Positions 19,099 through 29,130 of a stretch of DNA of 64,000 nucleotides are shown here, piece by piece. The position numbers and the translations under genes are program-made. This DNA is from Methanomassiliicoccaceae archaeon (GTDB lineage: Archaea > Thermoplasmatota > Thermoplasmata > Methanomassiliicoccales > Methanomassiliicoccaceae). The notes beneath the pieces were generated by a model. The model did no database searches, was not told the origin of the DNA, and saw only the letters and a program-made list of their open reading frames with translations. How positions within the stretch are numbered: position 1 is the stretch's first letter; every line of letters starts with the position of its first letter. The stretch lies in the NCBI GenBank assembly GCA_040776945.1, contig JAXGZN010000002.1, forward strand, positions 928,001-992,000, given 5' to 3'.

Positions 19099-20994
19099 CT
19101 ATCCGGACCTCTTGGGCCGGAAGAACAGTGCGCCGATGACCGCTCCCGCCACCGCCACGGCCCCTATCGCCATCAAAAGCAGAGTGGAGGATCCGTCATT
19201 TCCATCGCCGCCGACGGTGAGGGCCACCTCACGAAAGGTCGAGTTTCCGACGCCATCAACGGCCAGCAGGAGGATCTGATGCCCGCCATCGGCAAGGCCC
19301 TCGAGATCGATCGATGCCACGTCGCGGCCCACCCTCTTGGCGCTCGACCCATCGACCATCACTTCGAAGTGGTCGACCATGCCAGAAGGGTCAGTGCAGG
19401 TCCACGCGAACCTGACAGTCTCGCCGCTGGAATAGTTTTCCCTTACGCCCTCGATCTCCAGCGTCACCTTTCTCATCGGGACGTTGTTGAGGTCAAGCGT
19501 TCGAACGCTCTCCATGTTTCCCGCCCTGTCAACTGCGTAGTACTCTATGGGGCCCTCAGCATCGAGCATCTGGGCATGCGTGCTATAGTTCTTCCACTCG
19601 CCTCCTCTGTCACGGAAGTGAGCGTTCTCGACCCCTGACGTGTCATCGGTCGGCATGAGCGAGACAATGCCGTTCTCGTCGACCCGGTAGAGCGTGGCCG
19701 GGGCCACCGTATCGATCCTGATCGTCCGTGACCTTTCCTCCCCGTGGTTGCCGACATTGTCCGCCGCGCCATATGCCAGGACGTGAACGCCGTCGTCCGC
19801 GATGGAGATATCGCTGCTCCAGACGGCCCAGTCCCCATCATCCAGCTTATAGCGGATGCTCCTCACGCCGCTGCCGCGGTCCTCGGCGGACAGGTGGACG
19901 ATCACCGACCTGTTGTACCACCCGCTCTCGGTAGCCGTTCCGCTGAGCGATGCGGTCACGTTCGGCGGGGTCGCGTCAACCTTCGTCGAAGCATCGGGCA
20001 CAGACGGCCGAGGTTCGATCACCCCGCCTCCGGAGGCGACGCTGATGAACTGGTAATCGAGCTCTCCGCCGGTGAGAGACGAGTTGAAACTGATCGCTTC
20101 TCCGCTGGTGAACGCTCCGTCGGGGTGCCCCGGGTCGGTATATAGCGAGTAGCTCCCGGCCCCGCTCGTCCGGTAGAACAGCTCGATTTTCTCCGGGGCC
20201 CCTTGAGAGGCGTCCACTGATATGCTGACATCGAAGGTGCCCGGCGAATAGGCCGGCAGGGTGTTGACATGGGACCACGAAGGGACGCTCGCCTGGGTGA
20301 CAAGGATGTTGTCGATGTACGCACCCTCCTGCCACTCCGTACCGGGAGCATAAGGTCCGCTGATGAAGTCGAAGCTGATGATCTTGGCGTCGGCGGGAAC
20401 CGATGCGGTGGCCTGCTTCCATGAGCCTTCGTTCGCCGAAGGCTGCTTCCAGATCTCGGTGAACGTGCTGCCGTCGACGGACACGGTCACTCGTAGGTGG
20501 TCAAAGCCGCCCGGCGCGGCGCTCGCCATGGTCCTGGACCAGTAGGAGAAGGTCAGCGTTCCGGCGCCCAGCCCCTGGTCCATGTTCAGGGAATGCCTAA
20601 GGTACGAGGACATGTTGGCATCATATCTCTGGACCTCGGTGTTCGACTTCGGCCCGAGCCCCCTGGCCGGGGCGATGCTGTTGCTGCCGATGACGGCGCA
20701 CCAGGCGCTCCAGCTGCCGCCAGATGGAGCTATCCTGTATTGGGAGTGGCACCAGGCGTCCACGCCCGAATTCGGATTATCGTCCCCCCGGGCCCACATC
20801 TCCCGGCCGTCCTGGTCCCATCCAGTGTCACAGTTGAAGTTGGGGTTCTCGAAGTTCTCCCGCAGCACCGTGACCGTGGACGTCCCGGCGGCCGAGGCCG
20901 CGGGAGCGATGATCAGGACTGTGCTCGTCACCAACAATGCGGCTAGTGCCAACACGGCCATCGCCTGCATGCGCTCTCTTCCTCCGGCCCCCAT
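19099..20994 (-). CDS. Secreted/membrane-anchored protein with beta-rich Ig-like repeats
   Basis: Hydrophobic signal segment; repeated D..SGV....Y..D..GN units; C-terminal TM helix with basic tail. Confidence 0.8.
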   Translation of the reverse strand: MGAGGRERMQAMAVLALAALLVTSTVLIIAPAASAAGTSTVTVLRENFENPNFNCDTGWDQDGREMWARGDDNPNSGVDAWCHSQYRIAPSGGSWSAWCAVIGSNSIAPARGLGPKSNTEVQRYDANMSSYLRHSLNMDQGLGAGTLTFSYWSRTMASAAPGGFDHLRVTVSVDGSTFTEIWKQPSANEGSWKQATASVPADAKIISFDFISGPYAPGTEWQEGAYIDNILVTQASVPSWSHVNTLPAYSPGTFDVSISVDASQGAPEKIELFYRTSGAGSYSLYTDPGHPDGAFTSGEAISFNSSLTGGELDYQFISVASGGGVIEPRPSVPDASTKVDATPPNVTASLSGTATESGWYNRSVIVHLSAEDRGSGVRSIRYKLDDGDWAVWSSDISIADDGVHVLAYGAADNVGNHGEERSRTIRIDTVAPATLYRVDENGIVSLMPTDDTSGVENAHFRDRGGEWKNYSTHAQMLDAEGPIEYYAVDRAGNMESVRTLDLNNVPMRKVTLEIEGVRENYSSGETVRFAWTCTDPSGMVDHFEVMVDGSSAKRVGRDVASIDLEGLADGGHQILLLAVDGVGNSTFREVALTVGGDGNDGSSTLLLMAIGAVAVAGAVIGALFFRPKRSG

Positions 20995-21506
20995 GTTCGC
21001 TCTGCCCTCCTTGAAACCAGGACTGACCCTAATCTTAATCTCAGGAGGTTTAATAATATGCATTGAGGGAAGGAGGGCCGCCAACCGCCCTTGGGACCGT
21101 TTTCCCGAGACATGTTGTTCCTGCTTCATCCCACCATGACAGGATGCGTGCGGAGGTGACCCGCTAGCTTATCGTTCGGCGCGGTCGATGAAAAAATATC
21201 CGGCCCGGGGCGTTCTGTCGATAACAGGGTGACCGCCTGCGCACGTTGGAAAGGGGGGGATGGGATTACGCCCCCGACCGGCATAGCTTCTAATTTTCTA
21301 AGCTATAAACAGCTTTGCATTGATAACCATGTAAGAACGAAGATGGAATCGACATCAGCCTCGGACGAAGCATCTTAATGGTCGTGTTTGAGCTCACGAC
21401 CCCTCACCGATGATCGGGGCGATAGGGCGGGTAAGCTGGAAATATGCCAAGAACGGCCTGTCTGAGCGTGAGCTCTTCGCACTCGCCTCCCTGGCCTATG
21501 CCTTCC

Positions 21507-22466
21507 TCAAGATCTTGCCAGAAGGTCCTTGACCCAGAAGAAGTGGATATATCTCACGATCACGTAGAGGATTATCGCCAAGGCAAAGACGACCTCCAGC
21601 CAGGCCAGCCATTGGAAGATGGGTTGGTCGATGCCTTCGGTCAACAGGTATTCGAAGGTCGCGTTGGTGGCGATCGCGCTGATGACCAGGGGGAAGGTGA
21701 AGGCCGAGATGCTCGGATAGAACCTCAGCCTCAACAATCTAGGAAGGTAAGCGATGATCACGAAATAAGATGACAGGGACAGGGCGAACATGATCCCGAC
21801 GAGCCACAGCTCCCTGGTCTCGAAGGACCTTAAGTACCCAGCCAAGCATAGGCTCGCAGGCGCGGCGAAGATTGCCATGCTCGGCATTATCGGCTCAGGA
21901 ACGCCTCTGACCACGACCGCGCGGTATGCGATCAGGGGCAAGAGGACCAGGTAGGATGCGAACCCGAACCAGAACAATAACTGGCCGATGGTGTGGGCAC
22001 CGAAGGTCGGCGCTGTCACCGCCCCGACGGCGATGCCGACGTAGGTGACGAAGTAAGCAGGAAGCAACTTCCTCACCTCGAGCTTGGGCATGAACGCCCA
22101 GGTGAAGTAGGCCATCAGAGCAAAATGAAGTGCGATCATGCTAACCCAGATCGCATAGGCTATTCCGGGGAGACTTGGTTCCATATAGGTCGAAAGGATA
22201 GAGACGCCCATCGGGATCGTGCAGGCGATGCCCGCTACCGCGGGGTCCTTCAGCTCTTCTTTGAACTTCGCCGCATCGTAGAGCAGTCGGGTCGCCAACA
22301 AGGATAGGGCGAACAGGGACAGAAGGCCGAACAGAGCCTTCAGGCCCTCATGGTACTCAGAAATCATGTTGCCGGCCGACGCGAGGCCCAGCATCAGTCC
22401 TGCTAGCGGGATTGGGACCTTGCACGCGGCGCCCCCCAGACCACGGGCCTGTTCGGTCGTTTCCAT
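21507..22466 (-). CDS. TDT/SLAC1 (tellurite-resistance/dicarboxylate) family transporter
   Basis: About 10 TM helices; PAYFVTYVGI, AIFAAPASL, SAFTFPLVISA. Confidence 0.88.
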   Translation of the reverse strand: METTEQARGLGGAACKVPIPLAGLMLGLASAGNMISEYHEGLKALFGLLSLFALSLLATRLLYDAAKFKEELKDPAVAGIACTIPMGVSILSTYMEPSLPGIAYAIWVSMIALHFALMAYFTWAFMPKLEVRKLLPAYFVTYVGIAVGAVTAPTFGAHTIGQLLFWFGFASYLVLLPLIAYRAVVVRGVPEPIMPSMAIFAAPASLCLAGYLRSFETRELWLVGIMFALSLSSYFVIIAYLPRLLRLRFYPSISAFTFPLVISAIATNATFEYLLTEGIDQPIFQWLAWLEVVFALAIILYVIVRYIHFFWVKDLLARS

Positions 22467-22642
22467 CTTATGCTCCGAATAGGTCCGAACGGCCCCTAAT
22501 CCTGTAAAGCTATCGGCGCTCACATGATCTAATGTTCTTTGGTCCACATGGTTGACCTTATGATCATATGTGGAGCGCCGATGGCCGCTGTGGAACAGAT
22601 AGTTAGTGGATGTAAAGGAGCTGTAAGGCCAGAAAAGGAAAG

Positions 22643-22717
22643 CGCACACGGAGGGATTCGAACCCTCGGCTTGCAGCTTAGGAGGCTGCCGCCATATCCA
22701 GGCTAGGCCACGTGTGC
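22643..22717 (-). tRNA. tRNA-Arg(CCT)
   Basis: Acceptor GCACACG/CGTGTGC; anticodon arm GCAGC-CTCCTAA-GCTGC; GGTTCGAATCC; CCA not encoded. Confidence 0.95.
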
Positions 22718-22769
22718 TTGGTTGAGCGAAAGGGGATCGAATAGAAAAGGTTTGGGTTCGGTGACCAGC

Positions 22770-23543
22770 TCACTCTTCCTGCGGGATCTCTTCTGGAGAG
22801 ATCTCCTCGGGGGCGGGCTCCTCCTTGGGAGCCTCGGCGGGCTTCACATACTCCTCGACGAAGCTTACCTTGCCCGCGTTCAGGCCTTCCCGGAGATCAG
22901 CGACGACCCTGTACTTGGCGAGCAGCCACTTCTGGTCGTACTTGCAGACGTCAGGCAGAACGATGCAAACGGAGCTGCCGTCCTTGATGGTGATGCGGAA
23001 GTTCTCGGAGGTCCCGTAGTCCATCTCGAGTATGTCCTTCACCTTCTGCTCGTCGTCCTGGGCCTTGGAGAGCACCTTGAAGTGGTACTTCAGGCTCTTG
23101 CCGGCGAGGCGGCGGTTGAAGTCCACGCGCACCCGTCCAGCGGTGATGGCGGTCACTATGCCGGGGCGGTTCTTTATGTTGACCTCCATGCCGACATGCG
23201 GCTCAATGTCTTGCTTGAGGAACTCGCGGAGAGCGATCAGGTCGACCAGCTTGGGGTCTCGCGGCCCCGCGGCCTTCTCCGGGGGAATGACGATGTCGTA
23301 CTCCTTTCCGACCTCCGTGCCTTCCAAGGCCTCCTCGAGGCCCTGGAATATGCGGCCACCGCCTACCAGGACAGGTATGGGGCGGTACTCGATCTTCTCG
23401 TTGAAGACCCCGGCTTCCTGGGCGGTCTGAGCGTTGGTGGTGTCGAACAGCTCGTTCGAGTCCTCGACCCAGCCGTCGAAGTCTATGCGTACGATATCTC
23501 CCTTTGCTACCTTGTCGGCCTGGTTTGCGGTTTCGCTAGACAT
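22770..23543 (-). CDS. Long-type archaeal FKBP peptidyl-prolyl isomerase (SlyD-like)
   Basis: LFDTT, IPPEKA.G, VDFNRRLAGKSL, archaeal C-terminal domain; RBS AGGTGAT-TTC-ATG. Confidence 0.92.
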   Translation of the reverse strand: MSSETANQADKVAKGDIVRIDFDGWVEDSNELFDTTNAQTAQEAGVFNEKIEYRPIPVLVGGGRIFQGLEEALEGTEVGKEYDIVIPPEKAAGPRDPKLVDLIALREFLKQDIEPHVGMEVNIKNRPGIVTAITAGRVRVDFNRRLAGKSLKYHFKVLSKAQDDEQKVKDILEMDYGTSENFRITIKDGSSVCIVLPDVCKYDQKWLLAKYRVVADLREGLNAGKVSFVEEYVKPAEAPKEEPAPEEISPEEIPQEE

Positions 23544-23735
23544 GAAATCACCTGAAATCTAATGGCTGAATATGGAATGGTGTCATTAATTCGTTATTTT
23601 TATACTTTGTGGTTTTCTGCGTTCCCAGGAACGCTTCCCGAGGCGTCCCTGTGGTCTTCGCTTGCCACATCTGGAAGCATGGACCCTGTTCCTCTCGCAA
23701 CCTATTATATGGGAGAGCATTATTTGAGGTCTCAG

Positions 23736-23809
23736 GCCACCATAGCCTAGCCCGGTAGAGCGGCTGACTTGTAATCAGCAGGTCGCGTGTTCAAATCACG
23801 CTGGTGGCT
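23736..23809 (+). tRNA. tRNA-Thr(TGT)
   Basis: Acceptor GCCACCA/TGGTGGC; anticodon arm GCTGA-CTTGTAA-TCAGC; T arm GCGTG-TTCAAAT-CACGC. Confidence 0.93.
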
Positions 23810-23826
23810 TCCCATATGTGGCGATC

Positions 23827-24636
23827 ATGTTCGAGAAGGAGATGACCGTTAACCGGCGATGGTGGGACGGCGTCACCCCCGTCCACTTCAGGTCCCGGTC
23901 GTACGACGTCGACGGCTTCAGGAGGGGCGCGTCCTCCCTGCTGCCCATGGAGGTCTCCGAACTGGGAGACGTGAGCGGCAAGAGCCTCCTTCACCTACAG
24001 TGCCACTTTGGCCTGGACACGCTGTCGTGGGCGAGGAGAGGTGCCATCGTCACCGGGATCGACTTTTCGCAGGAGGCGATCTCTACTGCCCGGGGCCTTT
24101 CGGACCATCTCGGCGTTCCCGGCAGGTTCATCGAGTCGAACCTCTACTCCCTGCCCGATGTGCTGGATGAAAAATTCGACATAGTATATACTGGCTACGG
24201 GGCCATATGTTGGCTCCCGGACCTGAAGCGATGGGCGGAGATCATCGCGCGCTTTCTGCGGCCGGGCGGCATCTTCTACATCGTGGAAGGTCACCCCATG
24301 ACCAACCTCATAAACGACGAGATCGCCGACCGGGTCGATCTCACTGGCCGGTACTTCAACCATGGACCGGTGAGATATGAATCGCCGAACACGTACACCG
24401 ATTCGGAGGAACCGCTCAGGGAGCGGGTCACATATGCCTGGGAGCATCCATTGTCGGACGTTGTAAACTCCGTGATCTCAGCCGGGCTGCGGATCGAGCG
24501 GCTTAACGAGTCCAGGCTGGGCTTCTTCAAGGCACATCCACTGACGAGGAGGAGGGAAGACGGCCACTGGGAGTTTCCGGACGGCATCAGCGACATGCCT
24601 CTTACCTTCTCGTTGCTCGCCCGCTCACCGGACTAG
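23827..24636 (+). CDS. Class I SAM-dependent methyltransferase
   Basis: LLHLQCHFGLDT, FDIVYTGYG, LRPGG. Confidence 0.9.
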   Translation: MFEKEMTVNRRWWDGVTPVHFRSRSYDVDGFRRGASSLLPMEVSELGDVSGKSLLHLQCHFGLDTLSWARRGAIVTGIDFSQEAISTARGLSDHLGVPGRFIESNLYSLPDVLDEKFDIVYTGYGAICWLPDLKRWAEIIARFLRPGGIFYIVEGHPMTNLINDEIADRVDLTGRYFNHGPVRYESPNTYTDSEEPLRERVTYAWEHPLSDVVNSVISAGLRIERLNESRLGFFKAHPLTRRREDGHWEFPDGISDMPLTFSLLARSPD

Positions 24637-24980
24637 AGCCAGACGGTATCGTCCTCCCGGTAATCGATCTTCATGACCAGGAATCCGAAGTCTTCCTCTA
24701 TCTCCGGCATTCCGTGCACCTCTCCCGGCTCGCACACGATGATGTCTCCCGGGTCCGCGGCGACCTTGATTCCGTCGATGGTTATGGAGCCTCTGCCGAG
24801 GACATAGAATATCTCGGTCTGTGTTCGGTGAAAGTGAGGGGGCACCGCATCACCCTTCCTGAACCGCACCTCCTGCAGAAGGTCCACCACCCTTGGAAGC
24901 GCGCCCTCCGTGGAGAGCTTTCTCTTGCGATACCCATCTCCGTGTTCCCATGCCGCGTCCGCCGCTTTGAATTTTCTCGT
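24633..24980 (-). CDS. Cupin domain protein (start apparently ACG)
   Basis: HFH..QTEIFY and GD......GEVH cupin motifs; RBS AGGTGAT 3 nt before an in-frame ACG. Confidence 0.75.
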   Translation of the reverse strand, partial: TRKFKAADAAWEHGDGYRKRKLSTEGALPRVVDLLQEVRFRKGDAVPPHFHRTQTEIFYVLGRGSITIDGIKVAADPGDIIVCEPGEVHGMPEIEEDFGFLVMKIDYREDDTVWL

Positions 24981-24984
24981 CCGA

Positions 24985-26310
24985 TCACCTTGCCATATCT
25001 CGAAGCGCCGAGCCGAGTATCTCGATGGCCTCATCGATCATTCCCTCATCTACGATGAGCGGAGGGATGAGCCTGATTGCGCTCCGTCCCGCCGGGAGGA
25101 GTATCAGGCCCCTCTTATAGCATAGCTCAATGACCTTGTCCCGTTCCTTTACCGCGTGCTCCTTGGTCTTGAGGCTCTTGACCAGGTCGATGGCCTGCAT
25201 GAGCCCCAGGCCGCGGACGTCGCCAATGATCTGATGACCGTCCTGCAGCTCGAGGAGCCGCTTCCTGAGGTATGCCCCCATGAGGGCCGAGTTCTCAACT
25301 AGTCCGTCCGATCTCAGGACGTCCAAGGTTGCCAGCGCTGAAGCGCACGCCAGCAGGTTTCCCCCGAAGGTATTGGAGTGCGCCCCAGGTTCGAAGTCCA
25401 TGTGCCTCGGGAATATCGTGGCGCCGATGGGCACCCCGGAGCCCAGGGCCTTGGCCGAGCATATGATGTCCGGGACCACATCGTAGTGCTCGATGGCCCA
25501 CATCCTGCCGGTGCGGCCCATCCCGGCCTGCACCTCATCATCGACCAGCAGGATGCCGTAGGCCTTGCATATCCTCGCCAGTTCCTTCACGAACTGCGCT
25601 GGCGGCACAACATACCCGCCCTCACCTAAGACCGGTTCTAGGAACACCGCCGCGACCTCCTCGGGAGGGACGATGGACTGGAAGTACACCTCCTCGATCA
25701 TCTTCGCGCAGTGGGTTCCGCAGGAGTCCCTTTCATGCTTGTACGGGCAGCGATAGCAATCAGGGTACGGGACATGCTGAACCCCGGGAACGGTGGGAAA
25801 GAACCTCCGGCGTTGGACCAGCTTGCTGGAGGTCAAGGATATGGATCCCATGGTCCTGCCATGGAAGCATCCTATGAAACCGATGTACATCTTCCTCCTC
25901 GTATACCAGCGAGCTAGCTTCATGGCCGCCTCGACCGCCTCTGTCCCGCTGTTGGAGAAGAAGACCTTCTTCTCATGGCTGCCGGGGGTCAGGTCTGCGA
26001 GCCGGTGAGCGAGCTTGGCCTGCACCTCGTAGTAAAAGTCCGTACCGGCGAAGTGGAACAGCCTCTCGGCCTGCTCCTGGACCGCCCTGACCACCCTCGG
26101 GTCGCTGTAACCAACGTTCATCACCGATACTCCGGTCGCGAAGTCCAGATAGGTGTTCCCGTCCACGTCGGTGACCTGCGCGCCCTTGGCATGGGCCGCC
26201 ACCACAGGCGATGTCTTGGTGGTCGTCGCCACATACCTTGAATCCTCCATCATCACTTCCCTGGCCTTTGGCCCCGGCGGCTCGATCCTGATGTTGGCGG
26301 TCCTTGCCAC
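24985..26310 (-). CDS. Class III PLP aminotransferase (ornithine/4-aminobutyrate aminotransferase-like)
   Basis: NSGTEA, FHGRT, EPVLGEGG, DEVQAGMGRTG, HSNTFGGN. Confidence 0.9.
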   Translation of the reverse strand: MARTANIRIEPPGPKAREVMMEDSRYVATTTKTSPVVAAHAKGAQVTDVDGNTYLDFATGVSVMNVGYSDPRVVRAVQEQAERLFHFAGTDFYYEVQAKLAHRLADLTPGSHEKKVFFSNSGTEAVEAAMKLARWYTRRKMYIGFIGCFHGRTMGSISLTSSKLVQRRRFFPTVPGVQHVPYPDCYRCPYKHERDSCGTHCAKMIEEVYFQSIVPPEEVAAVFLEPVLGEGGYVVPPAQFVKELARICKAYGILLVDDEVQAGMGRTGRMWAIEHYDVVPDIICSAKALGSGVPIGATIFPRHMDFEPGAHSNTFGGNLLACASALATLDVLRSDGLVENSALMGAYLRKRLLELQDGHQIIGDVRGLGLMQAIDLVKSLKTKEHAVKERDKVIELCYKRGLILLPAGRSAIRLIPPLIVDEGMIDEAIEILGSALRDMAR

Positions 26311-26438
26311 GATATCATCTCCTTAGGCGCTACTATGAGCGCTTAAGATATATCTCAGTTGACGCAAAAATATGAAGGGTTCTCCACGCGTGTAAGGCAA
26401 TTACTTATAGTTGTATGACCAAGGGGGAGCGGACACAG

Positions 26439-27590
26439 ATGGCTAGCAAGGGCTATGGTAATCTTTGGATCATGGCGATAGGCCTCATTGGCATCTTCGT
26501 CCTGGCAACGGTGGTCGCGCCCGAGTTCATCAGCCATGGCAACGCCGGCGGCAAGGATGGTTGGAACTCCGACATGCCTTCGGGAGAGGCGATCTTCCAT
26601 GCCCCCACCACTACCCTATCGGGTTTTGGCCTGAAGGCCAACCAAGCGGTCCCCTTCACAGTATACTCCACTTCGATAGAGAAGACCACCGGAAAGGGAG
26701 GCATCTTCGCCTGGATATTCCGACTAGAGGGCGCTGGCGGCGCAAAGGATGTGGCGGAGCTCAAGTACGGTGACGGGTCGAGCTCGGTGGCCTGGTACAC
26801 GGGTTCCGGGGGCGCCATCGTTGGCGTCGGCCCCCGTTTCGTTCAGGGTCCCGGAGCGGTCTTTCTGGACCAGTCGGCCTCCATGTCGCTCACTTTCAAA
26901 GAGGGCGGCAAATATACGCTCGGCATATGGATGGCCTCATCTTCCCGCGTCTCCGACATCGACCCGAGCAATTACACTTCGGTCAGCCCTATGGCGAAGA
27001 TCTCGCTTAACGTCGAGAAGCCCGTGCAAACCTCGGTCAGCGTGACCCAGTCCATGAGCGTCCCGTCGAACATCACCGAAGGCCAGTGGAGCGACTTCTC
27101 CATAACCAATATGGCCACTGGTACGGGTGGCTGGTCGGAACCTATCGGCCTGTACTTGGCCATCGAAAGAAAGGGCATCAAGGTATCGGACGTTACCATA
27201 AGGGTCAGCGCTGGAAGCGGGTATTCGTTCCCATCCTTCTCACTGAAGGGGGACAAGCTGGTCGCGTTGATAAATACAAGGACCCCCCTGACAGGGAGCG
27301 CTGATCCTGAGTCCGTCAGCTGGACCACCAGCTTCCAGCTTATGTTCGGTTCATCAGGCAACTATACCCTGACCAGCTGGGCCGAGGACCGGAGAAGCGG
27401 CGACGAGCTTACCGTGGTCACCTATGACATCCTGGAGGTGCGGTCAACAGTTGTGGCCCCGCCGGACCCCGAGCCGGAACCTGAGCCTCCCCCTGTACCC
27501 GAACCCCTTGAGAACAGCACCGGCAACAGCTCGGCAGTGGGCCCCATTCTGCCGCCTGCGGTGAACAACGGAAGGAGAACGAACGCTTGA
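26439..27590 (+). CDS. Secreted hypothetical protein, Ser/Thr-rich with Pro/Glu-rich tail
   Basis: N-terminal hydrophobic helix; PPDPEPEPEPPPVPEP. Confidence 0.75.
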   Translation: MASKGYGNLWIMAIGLIGIFVLATVVAPEFISHGNAGGKDGWNSDMPSGEAIFHAPTTTLSGFGLKANQAVPFTVYSTSIEKTTGKGGIFAWIFRLEGAGGAKDVAELKYGDGSSSVAWYTGSGGAIVGVGPRFVQGPGAVFLDQSASMSLTFKEGGKYTLGIWMASSSRVSDIDPSNYTSVSPMAKISLNVEKPVQTSVSVTQSMSVPSNITEGQWSDFSITNMATGTGGWSEPIGLYLAIERKGIKVSDVTIRVSAGSGYSFPSFSLKGDKLVALINTRTPLTGSADPESVSWTTSFQLMFGSSGNYTLTSWAEDRRSGDELTVVTYDILEVRSTVVAPPDPEPEPEPPPVPEPLENSTGNSSAVGPILPPAVNNGRRTNA

Positions 27591-27676
27591 GCATGATCGC
27601 ATCGATCGGCCGGCTTAGGCGCAATTGGCGCTTTTACCCGTTCCATGACCTGAGGTGGGCAGGATGGCTCTTTTTC

Positions 27677-28360
27677 TCAGTCCTCGGCCTCCATCCTCTC
27701 CGCCGACTCGATGCACTTTGAGAGGATGGCATATGCCTGCATCATGTCGTCCTCGCTGACGATAAAGATGGTGTCCGTGAACACGCTCACCGATTCAAGG
27801 ACGTTTATCCCGCCGTCCGCGAGATTGTTCGCGAGGAACGCGAAAACGCCGCTGGTCTCGGCTATGCGCTCGGGCGACCTTACAGATATCTCCACCAGTC
27901 CCATGCGGATCTTGACCACGTTCTCCTGTCCCACCGCGCTCACGACCTCGTTCTTGAGCTTCTCGTCGGCGATGATGGTGATGGCATGGGTGCCCTGGAT
28001 GACCTGCATGATCGATTTGTCGTTGAACAGCTTCTTCAGGACCGATTCCAGACGGTGAAGGACCGTCCAGTCGTTCTTGGCCGTGATGATGGCGATCTTG
28101 GTCTTCAGCTCCAGGCGGGAGTTGCGGAGGACCCTCAGGATCTCCTTCTCGTGGTCCTGCCGTCCCAGTTTGACAGCGTAACGGCGGCAGGCGATCATGA
28201 CTGCCTCCTCGTTAGCGATGGAGAGGTCCCTCATGATCAGCCTGGCTAAGGACGAATAATTGATGAGGTCCTTGGAAATGCAGTCCTTTATGCTCGGATG
28301 GGCATCGATATAGGCGCGAGTGCGCTCGGCGATGCTCTCCCTAGGCATTTCCTTCTTCAT
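27677..28360 (-). CDS. Archaeal ACT-domain protein with N-terminal helical domain
   Basis: LINYSSLAR N-terminus; C-terminal ACT (GVFAFLANNLADGGINV). Confidence 0.85.
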   Translation of the reverse strand: MKKEMPRESIAERTRAYIDAHPSIKDCISKDLINYSSLARLIMRDLSIANEEAVMIACRRYAVKLGRQDHEKEILRVLRNSRLELKTKIAIITAKNDWTVLHRLESVLKKLFNDKSIMQVIQGTHAITIIADEKLKNEVVSAVGQENVVKIRMGLVEISVRSPERIAETSGVFAFLANNLADGGINVLESVSVFTDTIFIVSEDDMMQAYAILSKCIESAERMEAED

Positions 28361-28668
28361 GGAATCGAGCCAATAGCAGAGTAGACTATAATAATTTTGA
28401 GCGAGAAGGACCTTGAACATCACGGTACGCCCATATCTGCGAGCCCTAATGGAGGTTCGTTTCCAGGTTCCGTTCTTCCATGAGATACGCGAACACGCCG
28501 CTAGGCGCGTTTCCCTCCTCTTCGGATTTTTTTTATGTGAGGGGCGGACGGGAACGAACGTCTCACCGCCGATGGACCAGGCCCCTCTGGCCGCCAACTC
28601 CTGTCGTTATCATGTTCAAATATTCTGTGACTTAGATATATCTATAGCCTGGGTGGGTTGAAGGGGCC

Positions 28669-29097
28669 GTGAGCGTCAAGAGCATATTACTGGTAGAGGA
28701 CGATCTTGCCTTCGCCAGGTTCATGATAGGGTCATTTCGGGACGTGGACCCGGGCATCGAGCTTTTCCATGTAAATGGAGGTCACGCCGCGATCTCGGTA
28801 ATGAACGCCGGTTTCCGGCCTGGCCTGATCCTATGCGAGGAGCGCATGCCTGGCATGAGCGGCAGCGAACTCCTCCTGACCGTGCGGAGCGATCCGGACA
28901 TGGAGGCCGTTCCCTTCATAACCTTCACCTCCTCGTTCGCTGACGAAAACCCCGCAGCGGCCGGCAAGATGCCGATGGACATGAAGGTGCCCCGGCCTGC
29001 CAGTTACCGCGAGGCCTTGGCCTTCATCAAGAGGGTCCGCTTTGCAACGGCCCATGAGGTCCACGCTCCCGGCGAGGGGCAGGCGGCAGAGATCTGA
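28669..29097 (+). CDS. Stand-alone receiver domain (atypical)
   Basis: ILLVEDD, MPGMSG, ITFTS; phosphoacceptor Asp replaced by Glu. Confidence 0.8.
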   Translation: MSVKSILLVEDDLAFARFMIGSFRDVDPGIELFHVNGGHAAISVMNAGFRPGLILCEERMPGMSGSELLLTVRSDPDMEAVPFITFTSSFADENPAAAGKMPMDMKVPRPASYREALAFIKRVRFATAHEVHAPGEGQAAEI

Positions 29098-29130
29098 ACA
29101 CGACTGGCCCAGATGGTTCGGGACCGCCGT

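Noticed and set aside
23736-23809. C:A mismatch in the tRNA-Thr D-stem as a sign of a pseudo-tRNA
   Set aside because: All other arms pair perfectly, and single D-stem mismatches are tolerated
23736-24636. Possible integrated element at tRNA-Thr or tRNA-Arg
   Set aside because: No integrase and no duplicated tRNA 3' end seen; only a 10-bp partial match near 52805
28380-28535. Possible sRNA ending in a T-run between the ACT and receiver genes
   Set aside because: No C/D or H/ACA boxes or convincing structure seen
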